From: Sphingomonadales bacterium
Lineage (GTDB): Bacteria > Pseudomonadota > Alphaproteobacteria > Sphingomonadales > Sphingomonadaceae
Assembly (NCBI GenBank): GCA_031374785.1
Contig: JANMGR010000141.1
Span: forward strand, 1,543 to 65,542
Reading direction: 5' to 3'
Length of the DNA: 64,000 nucleotides
The first letter of the stretch is position 1. The number at the start of each line of letters is the position of its first letter. Under the pieces are notes generated by a model, which made no database searches, was not told the origin of the DNA, and saw only the letters and a list, made by a program, of their open reading frames with translations. The translations under genes and the position numbers were made by a program. Positions 1 through 9,969 of this stretch are shown piece after piece.

Positions 1-54
1 TCGGTTGCTTTTGACCATTGGCGATGTCGAGGTTGTGCGCGGGGAAAAGTTTTA

Positions 55-681
55 GTGCCGGAATTTGCCACATTAATTGATGGCTATCGTCGGTTTCGCA
101 GCGACGGCTATGTTCAGCAAAAGGCGCGGTTCGACCAATTGGCATCCGAAGGCCAAGCGCCACCGATCATGATCATTTCATGCTGCGATAGCCGGGTCGA
201 TCCAGCAACCATTTTTGATACTGTTCCGGGTCAAGTGTTTGCCCTGCGCAATGTCGCTAATCTTGTCCCTCCGTATGAAACCGGGGGCGGCCTGCATGGT
301 GTTTCGGCGGCGATTGAATTCGGTGTGCTTGGTCTTGGCGTCAAGCATATCGTTGTTCTTGGCCATGCCCAATGCGGGGGTATCAAAGCAGCGCTTGCAG
401 GCGGCAATACAGTATTACCCGAACGCAGTTTCGTGGGTGACTGGGTCGCTATTATTAGTGAGGCTCGCGATGATATTATGGTGTCCTCTGCGATTGATCC
501 TCAGCATGCGCTGGAACTCAAAGCGATAATGGTCAGTCTTAAAAATCTGCGTAGTTTTCCGTTTATAGCAGCGCGTGAGCATTCTGGTGTTTTGAAATTA
601 CACGGTGCCTATTTCGGAATTGCTGACGGAGATTTACACGTGCTCGATGAAGAATGCGGCAAGTTCCGTATCACAACTTAA
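55..681 (+). CDS. beta-class carbonic anhydrase
   Basis: 208-aa ORF with a GTG start. The beta-CA zinc-ligand motifs CCDSRVDP and LGHAQCGG are visible. Confidence 0.85.
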   Translation: MPEFATLIDGYRRFRSDGYVQQKARFDQLASEGQAPPIMIISCCDSRVDPATIFDTVPGQVFALRNVANLVPPYETGGGLHGVSAAIEFGVLGLGVKHIVVLGHAQCGGIKAALAGGNTVLPERSFVGDWVAIISEARDDIMVSSAIDPQHALELKAIMVSLKNLRSFPFIAAREHSGVLKLHGAYFGIADGDLHVLDEECGKFRITT

Positions 682-1307
682 TGGAGGCCACATCAATTCC
701 GGCATTTTATAATGATCTTTCGCTAAGCCTAGCTGAGGCAAAGCGTTTGGTAGAACCGGGGGCAACTGACCGGCGTTCCGAAGCGCATTGTCCATCGGTA
801 GCAACATTGGACGCCAATGGGGTCCCCAGCCAGCGGGTTATGATCTTGCGCCAAGTTGACTGGTCAGCGCGGAAGTTGCGGTTTCATACTGATGTGCGCT
901 CGACCAAGACTCAGACTTTGTCTGAACGCAACGCGGCGTCGGTGCTGTTCTATTTGCCAGAAGCCAAAATTCAGCTTCGACTAACTGGTACGATGGCGAT
1001 CACCACCGCAGGTGACGAAATTGACCAAGCGTGGCATGCCGCCACGCTGTTCGCCCGCCGTGCCTATATGGCAACCGCCGCGCCCGGAAGCATTGTTGAC
1101 CAGCCCGTCTCGGGCTTGCCTACATTCATTGAAGGCCGCCAGCCTACCGAAGAAGACATTGCTCCTGTCCGTGCGAACTTCGCGCTACTGCATGTTGAAT
1201 TTGATACTTTGGAATGGCTTTATCTCGCCAATTCCGGACATCGCCGAGCGCGCTGGCGATGGGCTGCAAAGACATCGAGTTGGGATGGTTGCTGGCTAAT
1301 TCCCTAG
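681..1307 (+). CDS. pyridoxamine 5'-phosphate oxidase-like FMN-binding protein (family-level call)
   Basis: ATG at 681 overlaps the TAA of the upstream gene (TAATG). The sequence pattern (RVMILRQVD, LRFHTDVRSTK, LFYLPEAKIQLRLTG) resembles the PNPOx split-barrel family. Confidence 0.55.
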   Translation: MEATSIPAFYNDLSLSLAEAKRLVEPGATDRRSEAHCPSVATLDANGVPSQRVMILRQVDWSARKLRFHTDVRSTKTQTLSERNAASVLFYLPEAKIQLRLTGTMAITTAGDEIDQAWHAATLFARRAYMATAAPGSIVDQPVSGLPTFIEGRQPTEEDIAPVRANFALLHVEFDTLEWLYLANSGHRRARWRWAAKTSSWDGCWLIP

Positions 1308-2221
1308 GGACGGCAGCCTTTCAGATAAGCATCCACCATCAACTGGTGACGCTCGGTTGCGACCGTCAAATTCGCCTCCCGTCTGCTTTCCATATTCACA
1401 TACACCATGTCTGCTTTTTCAAGGACGGAATAGTTGGAAAATGAACCGTCGCTTTTCCCGACAGGTTCGTGCCACACGTGAACGCCAGCCTCCACAAGCG
1501 CTTTGCGGCATCGCACGTCATATTCCTGAATTTTCGGTGCGACAAACGGGATAATGGCGTAGCTGTCATCATCCTTCAACGCTGCTGGTCCAGCGCCGCC
1601 AAAATAGCCATTTTTGCGAGGGCGGATTTTGCCTTTGTTTGCTGCAGAGGCATCAAGAATCGTAATCTCGCCTTTGCCGGGGCCAAAGCCGGGTGAATTG
1701 GTGTGCAATGCAATTACCGGCTGGTCAGCAGCGCGTTGATCCAAATGCGCATTGGTAAACAACGGGGTTGCCGACGAAAAATTACGGTTGGGATCGCAGC
1801 GAGACAGAATAGGCGTGCGTCCGCCACATGTGCCCTGCCCTGACTGAAACCGGCTACTTCCCGGGCCTGAGTTGACGACTATGGCGACGCCGCCATGAGT
1901 TTTAAGCGCGGCGATTGCTGAATCAAAGGCCGCGTTTTCATCATCATGCGGCACAACCCATAACGGGCCAATTGGCTGAGTTGCATTTGCGAAACGAAGC
2001 AGGTGCCAGTTGAATCCCGCCTCGGAAAAGCGCGTTTCGCTGACTGTGACGCCAACCAGAAAATCGGGCTCTGCAGCATGACGGATTAGGTCATCGTCCT
2101 GAAGCTTTGCCATGTCGGTACGAGCGACCTCTTGCCATTTGACCTCTGGCTCTACATGCCAAGCACTCGCTGCTGTGAAATTGGCCAGGAGAGCACATGT
2201 CAGGGCAAACAGTTCCCGCAC
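1304..2221 (-). CDS. secreted hypothetical protein, possibly M14-like zinc peptidase/amidase
   Basis: 305-aa ORF with an N-terminal signal-like segment (LTCALLANFTAASA). It carries spaced HxxE (PHDDE), DPNRNF and a later HTN, as in the M14/MpaA-type zinc hydrolase signature. Confidence 0.5.
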   Translation of the reverse strand: MRELFALTCALLANFTAASAWHVEPEVKWQEVARTDMAKLQDDDLIRHAAEPDFLVGVTVSETRFSEAGFNWHLLRFANATQPIGPLWVVPHDDENAAFDSAIAALKTHGGVAIVVNSGPGSSRFQSGQGTCGGRTPILSRCDPNRNFSSATPLFTNAHLDQRAADQPVIALHTNSPGFGPGKGEITILDASAANKGKIRPRKNGYFGGAGPAALKDDDSYAIIPFVAPKIQEYDVRCRKALVEAGVHVWHEPVGKSDGSFSNYSVLEKADMVYVNMESRREANLTVATERHQLMVDAYLKGCRP

Positions 2222-2223
2222 TG

Positions 2224-4779
2224 CTATTTCTTTGCTGCCTTTTTGGCAGGGGCTTTCTTAGCGGCAGCCTTTTTAGGCGCTGCTTTTTTAGCAGGCGCTT
2301 TACGCTTTGCTTTGCCCTTGGCTGGGCCTTTGGCTGCACGTTCGTCGATCAACTGCGCCGCTTCCTCTAAAGTTATTTCCTCTGGTGCCACAGTTTTCGG
2401 CAAAGTCGCGTTGGTTGTGCCATCGGTTACATAAGCGCCGAAACGGCCTTCCATCACTTTAAGCTCCAATTCTGTGCGCGGATGTGCGCCAAGAACTTTT
2501 ATTGGCTCCCGCGCAGCCCCGCGTCCACGACCGCCACCAGCGGCAGCCTCGGCCAGCTTAACGACTGCAGCGTTCATGCCCGTTTCAAATACATCGTTAG
2601 TCGATTGCAGCCGCGCGTATTTGCCTTGATGCGCAAGATAAGGGCCATAGCGTCCTATGCTCGCGGTGACCGGCTCGCTACTCTCGGGATGGGTGCCGAC
2701 AGTGCGGGGCAGCGACAACAGCTTGATCGCCCATTCGAGACCAAATTCTTCGGAAGGAACGTCTTTGGGAATCGATGAACGCTTTGCATCTGCACCCTCA
2801 CCCATTTCCACATAAGGCCCGAAACGCCCAGATTTGCGGGTTATATCAAGGCTTGTTTCGGGATGCTTACCCAGCACTTCTGGACCACTATCACCGCTGT
2901 TCTCGCCGCCCGGCTGCGCGAACTTACGCGTAAATTTGCATTCGGGGTAATTGGAACACGCGACAAACGCACCAAAACGCCCGCCGCGTAGCGCAAGCTT
3001 TCCACCTTCGCATTTAGGACAATCGCGCGGATCGCTGCCGTCTTCGTTTTCGGGAAACAGATACGGAGCCAGAAACTTGTCGAGTTCAGCAGTAACCTCA
3101 GACGGCTTTTGCTCCATGACTTCAACCGTTTTGGGTTTGAAATCGTGCCAGAAATCTTCGAGAACCTTTTGCCACTGCGCCCCACCGGCGCTGACTTGGT
3201 CGAGTTGATCTTCAAGGCCTGCGGTAAAGTCATACGCGACATATCGGTCAAAGAATCGTTCGAGAAATGCGGTTAAAAGCCGCCCTGATTCTTCTGCAAA
3301 GAAACGGTTTTTCTCGATACGAACATAGGATCGATCTTTCAGAACCTGAATAGTAGACGCGTATGTCGATGGCCGACCAATACCAAGCTCCTCCAGTCTT
3401 TTGACAAGGCTGGCTTCGGAAAAACGTGGCGGTGGTTGAGTGAAATGCTGTGTTTTCTCAACCGAACGTTTGGCCGGCGCATCACCCTTAGCCATTGCGG
3501 GTAACAACGCGCCGTTTTCATCGTCCTTGTCGTCAATGCCTTCTTCGTAAAGTGCAAGAAACCCGAGGAATTTAATCACCTGACCAGTTGCGCGCAACGC
3601 ATGTTGGCCTGTGCCATCGAGCATGTCGATCGTGGTCCGCTCCATCCGTGCCGACGCCATTTGGCTGGCCAATGCGCGCTTGTAGATCAGGTCATACAGT
3701 CGGCCATGATCGCCCGATCCAGCCTTATCTTTGCCAAAATCGGTGGGCCGTATGGCCTCATGCGCTTCTTGCGCGTTCTTGGCTTTGGTTTGGTATTGGC
3801 GCGGCTTTTCGGGGATATAGCCTGCGTCATAACGATCTGATATCGCTTTGCGGGCAGCTGAAATCGCACTGTGATCCATTTGAACACCGTCGGTGCGCAT
3901 ATAAGTGATCGCTCCGTCTTCGTAGAGATTTTGGGCGATGCGCATCGTATGGCTTGCAGAAAAGCCCAGCTTACGTGCGGCTTCTTGTTGCAAGGTTGAG
4001 GTCGTAAACGGTGGTTGTGGATTGCGTGTTACGGGCTTGGTTTCGACAGTTTCGACGGTGAAGTGCGCTGCCTCAACAGCTGCGCGGGCAGCCTCTGCAT
4101 CGCCTTCGGTGCCGATGGTCAGCTTATCGAGCTTTTCGCCATTATAACGGATCAGACGGCCTTCAAAACTTTGGCCCTTATACTCCATTTGCGCCGCGAC
4201 AGACCAATATTCCTGCGCCCGAAACGCTTCAATTTCACGCTCGCGTTCGACAATTAGGCGCAACGCCACCGATTGCACGCGACCTGCCGATTTGGCACCC
4301 GGCAGCTTACGCCAGAGCACCGGCGAAAGTGTGAAGCCAACCAAATAATCCAGCGCCCGCCGTGCGCGATACGCATCTATCAAATCGGTATCGAGCTCAC
4401 GCGGCCGTGCCATCGCCTCGGTTACCGCAGCCTTTGTAATCGCGTTAAACGTGACGCGCTCTACCAGCTTTGGCAGCGCCTTCTTATTGGCCAGCACTTC
4501 CTGCACATGCCAGCTGATTGCCTCGCCTTCGCGGTCAGGGTCGGTCGCAAGGATCAGCTTATCAGCTTTTTTCGCAACGTCAGAGATCGCCTTTAATTGC
4601 TTGGCCTTGTCAGGGTAATTGTCCCACAGCATCGCAAAGCCGTTATCAGGATCGACAGAGCCATCCTTGGGCGGCAAATCGCGGATGTGACCATAAGACG
4701 CCAGAACGGTAAACCCGGAGCCCAAATACTTCTCAATGGTCTTTGCTTTTGCGGGTGATTCTACAACAACTAACTGCAT
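2224..4779 (-). CDS. topA: DNA topoisomerase I with Lys/Ala-rich C-terminal tail
   Basis: Canonical N-terminus MQLVVVESPAKAKTIEKYLG (ATG at 4779; the ORF track extends to 4848). TOPRIM and Zn-ribbon CxxC repeats are present. The tail reads AKGKAKRKAPAKKAAPKKAAAKKAPAKKAAKK. Confidence 0.95.
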   Translation of the reverse strand: MQLVVVESPAKAKTIEKYLGSGFTVLASYGHIRDLPPKDGSVDPDNGFAMLWDNYPDKAKQLKAISDVAKKADKLILATDPDREGEAISWHVQEVLANKKALPKLVERVTFNAITKAAVTEAMARPRELDTDLIDAYRARRALDYLVGFTLSPVLWRKLPGAKSAGRVQSVALRLIVEREREIEAFRAQEYWSVAAQMEYKGQSFEGRLIRYNGEKLDKLTIGTEGDAEAARAAVEAAHFTVETVETKPVTRNPQPPFTTSTLQQEAARKLGFSASHTMRIAQNLYEDGAITYMRTDGVQMDHSAISAARKAISDRYDAGYIPEKPRQYQTKAKNAQEAHEAIRPTDFGKDKAGSGDHGRLYDLIYKRALASQMASARMERTTIDMLDGTGQHALRATGQVIKFLGFLALYEEGIDDKDDENGALLPAMAKGDAPAKRSVEKTQHFTQPPPRFSEASLVKRLEELGIGRPSTYASTIQVLKDRSYVRIEKNRFFAEESGRLLTAFLERFFDRYVAYDFTAGLEDQLDQVSAGGAQWQKVLEDFWHDFKPKTVEVMEQKPSEVTAELDKFLAPYLFPENEDGSDPRDCPKCEGGKLALRGGRFGAFVACSNYPECKFTRKFAQPGGENSGDSGPEVLGKHPETSLDITRKSGRFGPYVEMGEGADAKRSSIPKDVPSEEFGLEWAIKLLSLPRTVGTHPESSEPVTASIGRYGPYLAHQGKYARLQSTNDVFETGMNAAVVKLAEAAAGGGRGRGAAREPIKVLGAHPRTELELKVMEGRFGAYVTDGTTNATLPKTVAPEEITLEEAAQLIDERAAKGPAKGKAKRKAPAKKAAPKKAAAKKAPAKKAAKK

Positions 4780-4871
4780 GATATTTTGACTTTTTCCTGC
4801 TCTCTCGCGTATGCGCATAGGCTGACGGGGTTTGACTGGGTTCGTCAAGAGGGTTTTTCGGGCTGTTAAAA

Positions 4872-5990
4872 TTAGGCAGTAAGACGCACCTTTGCCCCCG
4901 CCCCACGCTCAAGCCGACCGGCAAGTTCATATTCGAGCAAAACAGATTGCACCAAGGGCGAGGAGAGCCCCGATTGACGAACGAGCTCGTCGACAGCGAC
5001 GAAGCTCATACCCAATAATTCGGTGACTGCTCGACGCTCGGGATCACCTGCTTCAACCGGGTATAATGGCAGGGCTGTCTGCCGGGGCTTTACCATGGGC
5101 ATCCGCAGGTCAAGCGGACGGACCAGTTCGACAATATCGCCTGCGTCCTGAACCAATGTCGCACCCTCACGGATCAATTGGTTGCAGCCCCTTGCACGCG
5201 GATCCAGCGGCGAGCCGGGAACAGCCATCACCTCGCGGCCATATTCGCCCGCCAGCCTTGCGGTGATCAATGACCCGGACTTAGGCACAGCCTCAACAAC
5301 CACTGTTCCCAACGCTAGCCCTGCAATAATCCGGTTGCGATGCGGAAAATGGCGTGCGCGCGGTTCAATCCCGGGTTGCATTTCAGCAATCAACAGCCCT
5401 TTTTCCGCCACTGCGCGTTGCAAATCGGCATTTTCGGGTGGATACGCGATATCTATCCCGCCTGCGATGACCCCGATTGTGCCGGTCTTCAGAGAGCCAA
5501 CATGCGCAGCAGTATCAATGCCGCGTGCAAGCCCAGAAGCCACGATAACACCCGCATCGCCCAGTTCCATCGCCAGATTACGGGCGAAACGACATGCCGC
5601 CGCCGAAGCGTTGCGCGCGCCTACCATTGCAACCACTTGGCGGCTTGCCAGCGCAATATCACCCATCACCATGATAACAGCCGGTCCATTGTCGATTTCT
5701 GCTAGCAACGCTGGATAATCCGCATCGTCCAAAAAAACATGCCGTGCCTTTAGCGCCTTGGCCTGTGACAATTCGCGCTCGATATCCGCCTCTGGCGCAG
5801 CGCGAAAAGCACCGCCGCCGCGAAACGCCAGATCTGGCAATGCCGAAAGCGCCGCTTGTGCACTGCCAAAACGCGCCATCAACTGCCGATAGCTGACCGG
5901 CCCGATATTAGGCGACCGGATTAACCGTAATCTGGCAAAGACGTCATCCACAGGCCTATTTCTGTCCAATTCTAGGTTCGGTGCCAGCAA
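4872..5990 (-). CDS. dprA: DNA-processing protein DprA
   Basis: 372-aa ORF with a Rossmann-like DprA core (GARNASAAACRFARNLA, GLARGIDTAAH). The TTG at 5990 overlaps plsY. An in-frame GTG at 5951, 4 nt after the plsY stop, is an equally plausible start. Confidence 0.9.
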   Translation of the reverse strand: MLAPNLELDRNRPVDDVFARLRLIRSPNIGPVSYRQLMARFGSAQAALSALPDLAFRGGGAFRAAPEADIERELSQAKALKARHVFLDDADYPALLAEIDNGPAVIMVMGDIALASRQVVAMVGARNASAAACRFARNLAMELGDAGVIVASGLARGIDTAAHVGSLKTGTIGVIAGGIDIAYPPENADLQRAVAEKGLLIAEMQPGIEPRARHFPHRNRIIAGLALGTVVVEAVPKSGSLITARLAGEYGREVMAVPGSPLDPRARGCNQLIREGATLVQDAGDIVELVRPLDLRMPMVKPRQTALPLYPVEAGDPERRAVTELLGMSFVAVDELVRQSGLSSPLVQSVLLEYELAGRLERGAGAKVRLTA

Positions 5991-6543
5991 ATAAACGGCG
6001 GAAGTTATCGCGATGTTTCAGGAACGCGATCAGGCTGATCGCAGCAAGCACCGGCACATAATCCACGCGTCCTACACCCCATGCCAATACTGGCGCGACA
6101 GCAGCCGCACCCAATCCGGCTACAGAAGATATCCGGGTGACCAGTGCCAGAAAAATCCATGCAACGGAATATCCCAACCCCATCGGCCAAAACAAACCAA
6201 ACAGGATGCCCGCATAAGTCGCCAACCCTTTCCCGCCCTTAAACCCGATCCAAACAGGATAGAGATGTCCGAAAAAAGCGCCCGCCGCCGCTACAATTTC
6301 GGTCCCCGGGAAATAATGTCTCGCCAGCAGGACAGCGGCAGTACCTTTGAGCAAATCAAGGAGCAGCGTCAGCGCCGCCAGCCCCTTACGCCCCGTCCGC
6401 AGAACATTGGTTGCGCCAATATTGCCCGAACCAATTGTCCGTAAATCGCCAGCGCCGCCCAAACGCGTTAGGATCATCGCAAAGGGAATGGTGCCTAGGA
6501 AATACCCAATTAAGGCCACCCAAACTGCTTCCATCCCCACCAT
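5956..6543 (-). CDS. plsY: glycerol-3-phosphate acyltransferase PlsY
   Basis: Polytopic membrane ORF with YFLGTIPFA, GSGNIGATNVLRTG and FKGGKG motifs. The start is set at the internal Met (MVGMEAVW) and is uncertain by a few codons. Confidence 0.88.
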   Translation of the reverse strand: MVGMEAVWVALIGYFLGTIPFAMILTRLGGAGDLRTIGSGNIGATNVLRTGRKGLAALTLLLDLLKGTAAVLLARHYFPGTEIVAAAGAFFGHLYPVWIGFKGGKGLATYAGILFGLFWPMGLGYSVAWIFLALVTRISSVAGLGAAAVAPVLAWGVGRVDYVPVLAAISLIAFLKHRDNFRRLFAGTEPRIGQK

Positions 6544-6642
6544 TGCCGTTTTCCTTTTCCCTATTTGTTCCAGCCATATCGACTTTCGTGGCAATGCTCA
6601 ATGGCGATTGTGTGAAAGCCAATCGCCCATTATTAGCGTGCT

Positions 6643-7458
6643 ATGACCGACCCACACCAACCCCTATTGTTCTTCGATACTGGCGTCGGTGGACTGTCGG
6701 TTTTTGCCAAAGTCCGCGCCGCCTTGCCGAACGCGCCTATGGTGTATGCGGCGGATTATGCGGGCATGCCCTATGGGGAAAAGAGCGAGATGGAAGTGGC
6801 AACGCGGGTCTGTGCGTTGCTGGGCCGGTTTAGTGAGCGGTTTCGCCCAAGGCTTGTCGTGATCGCCTGCAACACCGCGTCCGTCATCGCGTTAGGGCAT
6901 GTGCGCGCCGTGCTTGGCGTTCCGATCGTTGGCACAGTACCGGCGATCAAACTTGCTGCACTTGCATCGCAAACCGGCGTAATTGGCTTGCTCGGCACCA
7001 AGGCAACAATTCGTCAGCCCTATGTCGACCGGCTTCAAGCTGAACATGCAGATGGGATGACGATGCTGCGCCACGCCGCCCCTGATCTGGTTTATGCCGC
7101 AGAAGCCAAATTTCGCGGCGAAACACCCGATATACAGGTCTGCCGTGACGCTGTGGCGGGCTTAATCAATCAAGCTGGGGGCCAAAAACTCGATGCGATG
7201 GTGCTGGGCTGCACGCATTTCCCGTTACTGACCGATGAATTGGCACATGCAGCCCATAACCTTGGGCACAATAGAAAAATCGCCTTTGTCGATGGCGCTG
7301 ACGGGATCGCGCGCCGTGTCACCTATCTGACCGAAGGGCATGTTTGGCCCGAGGCAAAACAACCGGGTATATTCATCACGACGGGTCGTGTGGACGATGT
7401 TGCACCCTATGCACCGCATCTGACCAAATTCGGACTATCAGAGTATCAATCGCTGTAA
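6643..7458 (+). CDS. murI: glutamate racemase
   Basis: 271-aa ORF with FFDTGVGGLSV, IACNTAS and LGCTHFP (two catalytic Cys motifs). Confidence 0.9.
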   Translation: MTDPHQPLLFFDTGVGGLSVFAKVRAALPNAPMVYAADYAGMPYGEKSEMEVATRVCALLGRFSERFRPRLVVIACNTASVIALGHVRAVLGVPIVGTVPAIKLAALASQTGVIGLLGTKATIRQPYVDRLQAEHADGMTMLRHAAPDLVYAAEAKFRGETPDIQVCRDAVAGLINQAGGQKLDAMVLGCTHFPLLTDELAHAAHNLGHNRKIAFVDGADGIARRVTYLTEGHVWPEAKQPGIFITTGRVDDVAPYAPHLTKFGLSEYQSL

Positions 7459-7535
7459 TCGGAAATTGAGAATCGTTCGCGCTGGATTTCCTGCCAATCC
7501 CCGCTTATGGGGCAAAAAACGCAGGGTGTTTTTTG

Positions 7536-8756
7536 ATGAACTACGATGACATTTTCGACAAGGCTATCGACCGGCTCCATTCCGAAGGCAGATATCGCGT
7601 GTTTATCGATATCTTGCGGAACAAAGGCGCATATCCCAATGCGCGGTGTTTTGCAGGTCACAACGGCCCCAAAGACATCACCGTCTGGTGCTCTAACGAC
7701 TATCTCTGCATGGGGCAACACCCCAAGGTTATAGCGGCGATGGAGGAGGCATTGCACGATGTTGGCGCAGGTTCTGGCGGCACTCGCAACATTGGCGGCA
7801 ACACGCATTATCATGTTCAGTTGGAAGCCGAGCTTGCCGACCTCCACGGCAAAGACGGTGCGTTGCTTTTCACATCCGGCTATGTATCAAACGATGCAAC
7901 GCTCTCGACACTGGCAAAAATTCTGCCCGGTTGCATCATTTATTCGGACGAACTGAACCACGCATCCATGATTGCGGGCATCCGCAATTCGGGATCAGAA
8001 AAACGCGTGTGGCGGCATAATGATCTGGCGCATCTTGAGGAATTGCTGGCTACCGATGATCCAGCCGCACCAAAGCTGATTGCGTTTGAAAGCGTCTATT
8101 CGATGGACGGCGATGTCGCGCCGATTGCTGCGATTTGCGATCTGGCGGATCGATACAATGCACTGACCTATTGCGACGAAGTCCATGCCGTTGGAATGTA
8201 TGGCGCGCGCGGCGGCGGGATATCGGAACGCGATGCTGTCGCTGACCGCGTGACGATTATCGAAGGCACGCTTGGCAAAGCCTTTGGCGTGATGGGCGGC
8301 TATATCGCTGCGGACCAGCGGATCGTTGATGTGATCCGCAGCTATGCGCCGGGCTTTATCTTCACCACTTCGCTATCGCCAGTGCTCGTCGCGGGCGTAT
8401 TGGCGGCCGTAAAGCATCTGAAAGCCTCTAGCGAAGAGCGCGAGGCGCAACAGGCGAACGCCGCGATCCTCAAAACGATGATGGCAGAGGCGGGGCTTCC
8501 TGTGTTGCTCAGCGAAACGCACATCGTGCCGTTGATGGTTGGCGATCCGGTGAAGGCAAAGAAAATCAGCGACATCCTGCTCGCTGAATACGGCGCCTAT
8601 GTGCAGCCGATCAACTACCCAACCGTCCCGCGCGGCACAGAGCGGTTGCGCTTTACGCCAGGGCCGCAACATAATGAAGCCATGATGCGCGCGTTGACCG
8701 ATGCGTTAGTTGAGGTTTGGGAGCGGATGGAGTTGAGGCTGGCCGAGGCGGCATGA
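7536..8756 (+). CDS. hemA: 5-aminolevulinate synthase
   Basis: [23 protein letters not shown] is a typical ALAS N-terminus. The ORF belongs to the PLP-dependent alpha-oxoamine synthase family, and the [10 protein letters not shown] and TLGKAFG PLP-Lys regions are present. Confidence 0.95.
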   Translation: MNYDDIFDKAIDRLHSEGRYRVFIDILRNKGAYPNARCFAGHNGPKDITVWCSNDYLCMGQHPKVIAAMEEALHDVGAGSGGTRNIGGNTHYHVQLEAELADLHGKDGALLFTSGYVSNDATLSTLAKILPGCIIYSDELNHASMIAGIRNSGSEKRVWRHNDLAHLEELLATDDPAAPKLIAFESVYSMDGDVAPIAAICDLADRYNALTYCDEVHAVGMYGARGGGISERDAVADRVTIIEGTLGKAFGVMGGYIAADQRIVDVIRSYAPGFIFTTSLSPVLVAGVLAAVKHLKASSEEREAQQANAAILKTMMAEAGLPVLLSETHIVPLMVGDPVKAKKISDILLAEYGAYVQPINYPTVPRGTERLRFTPGPQHNEAMMRALTDALVEVWERMELRLAEAA

Positions 8757-9349
8757 AAGGTTTTTTTGCCGCCGGGTTGCTGACGGCTTCAGCCAGTGCA
8801 AGCCTTATCAGTTACAACATGCCGCAATTTCAGGCGACCCCTGATCCACTTGACATACCCCATGAGCAAATAGCTTCAGGCGATGAAATATGGGTGCCTT
8901 GGGTAAACAAGGATCGCGGCGATCAGGCGCTTGTCAATCTTGGTACAATTCATACTGTTGACGCCGCCTTGGAATTCAAAACGCGATGGCTGCGTGCGGA
9001 TGGTGGTTGTAATGAGGATATCTCGCGGATCGAATGCTTGCCCAATACCCAGTTGAGCTATTGGGTTGACGAAAAAAAGTTTGATCGTGATGGTAAACTA
9101 ATATTGCACAACCCAAAAAATATAGCGCAGCAGCGCGCAGATGTGGTGCAATTCAAAGATCGGTTTTTCGGGGCTGGGCCATTTCCTTACAGCGACGATT
9201 ATGGTGCGATGGTATGTTTTGCTGCTTCACGAAAATGCGAAGCGAAGAACCTTGTTTGGCCTCAGGCCGAATTTGCAACAAAGCTAGAGGCTACGGAACA
9301 GTCTAGACAGTCTGTTTTGGCCTTTAACAAAGCTTTCGTACCCACCTGA
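8753..9349 (+). CDS. hypothetical secreted protein
   Basis: ATG at 8753 overlaps the hemA TGA (ATGA). It has a signal-like N-terminus ([18 protein letters not shown]). I recognise no family. The ORF is visibly more A+T-rich than hemA. Confidence 0.55.
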   Translation: MKGFFAAGLLTASASASLISYNMPQFQATPDPLDIPHEQIASGDEIWVPWVNKDRGDQALVNLGTIHTVDAALEFKTRWLRADGGCNEDISRIECLPNTQLSYWVDEKKFDRDGKLILHNPKNIAQQRADVVQFKDRFFGAGPFPYSDDYGAMVCFAASRKCEAKNLVWPQAEFATKLEATEQSRQSVLAFNKAFVPT

Positions 9350-9372
9350 AATTTGGGCAGTTAACTTTTCAA

Positions 9373-9969
9373 TCAACTGAGCTCCCGCATCATCCCCCAG
9401 AAATGCGGACCGCCTTTTGGGATGTCCCATTCGATCTGCGTTACAAAGCCGAGACGCTGGTAAAGCGGCACATTTTCCGGCGTTGCTGTTTCAAGCCAGG
9501 TTGGCAAGCCGTCGGCATCGGCGCGAGCCAGCCCTTCACGGATAATCGCGCCGCCCCAGCCTTTGCCCTGATGCGCGCTACGGACACCGACGAAATGGAA
9601 ATAATGATAGCGTCCCTCAGGGAAGTGCGCGGTCAGGGCATCAGCACATGCCCCCGCGCGCGCCACTCCAAAACCAAAAATTCTTAGCATATTGAGAATA
9701 AGACCAAGACTAGTGCCGCCTTCATCCTTAGCCATTCCGGGATTGCGCCACAGGGCAGCAGCCTCATCCTTGCTCGACCGTATTACGCTGCCAGCTTTTG
9801 CATCTGCAGCAACCATTAAAGCGAACAGCTTTGGCAGCGCTTTCGCACGGGCTGCCTCACTTGGAAGTATATATGTGAAAGCGGGATCAGTCATGAAAGC
9901 ATCAGACAGTGTAGCAATCACAGCTGCGTATTCGGCAGAATTGGCTTTGAGTATCGGCCTGTCGATCAT
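9373..9969 (-). CDS. GNAT family N-acetyltransferase
   Basis: 198-aa ORF with an acetyl-CoA binding-like segment (VRSAHQGKGWGGAIIREGL). It has an ATGA overlap with the upstream gene. Confidence 0.75.
   Translation of the reverse strand: MIDRPILKANSAEYAAVIATLSDAFMTDPAFTYILPSEAARAKALPKLFALMVAADAKAGSVIRSSKDEAAALWRNPGMAKDEGGTSLGLILNMLRIFGFGVARAGACADALTAHFPEGRYHYFHFVGVRSAHQGKGWGGAIIREGLARADADGLPTWLETATPENVPLYQRLGFVTQIEWDIPKGGPHFWGMMRELS

Noticed and set aside
6598-6632. AATGGCGATTG...CAATCGCCCATT hairpin in the plsY-murI divergent region
   Set aside because: It is a single imperfect 11-bp stem with a bulge. It has no repeat elsewhere in the window and no associated motif. It may be promoter-related, but there is not enough evidence to call it.
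7459-7535. Possible iron/haem (Irr/Fur-type) operator or riboswitch upstream of hemA
   Set aside because: I see only a short CCCC-GCTTAT-GGGG hairpin and an AAAAAAC/GTTTTTT inverted repeat. I cannot match either to a known operator consensus by eye, so I make no claim.
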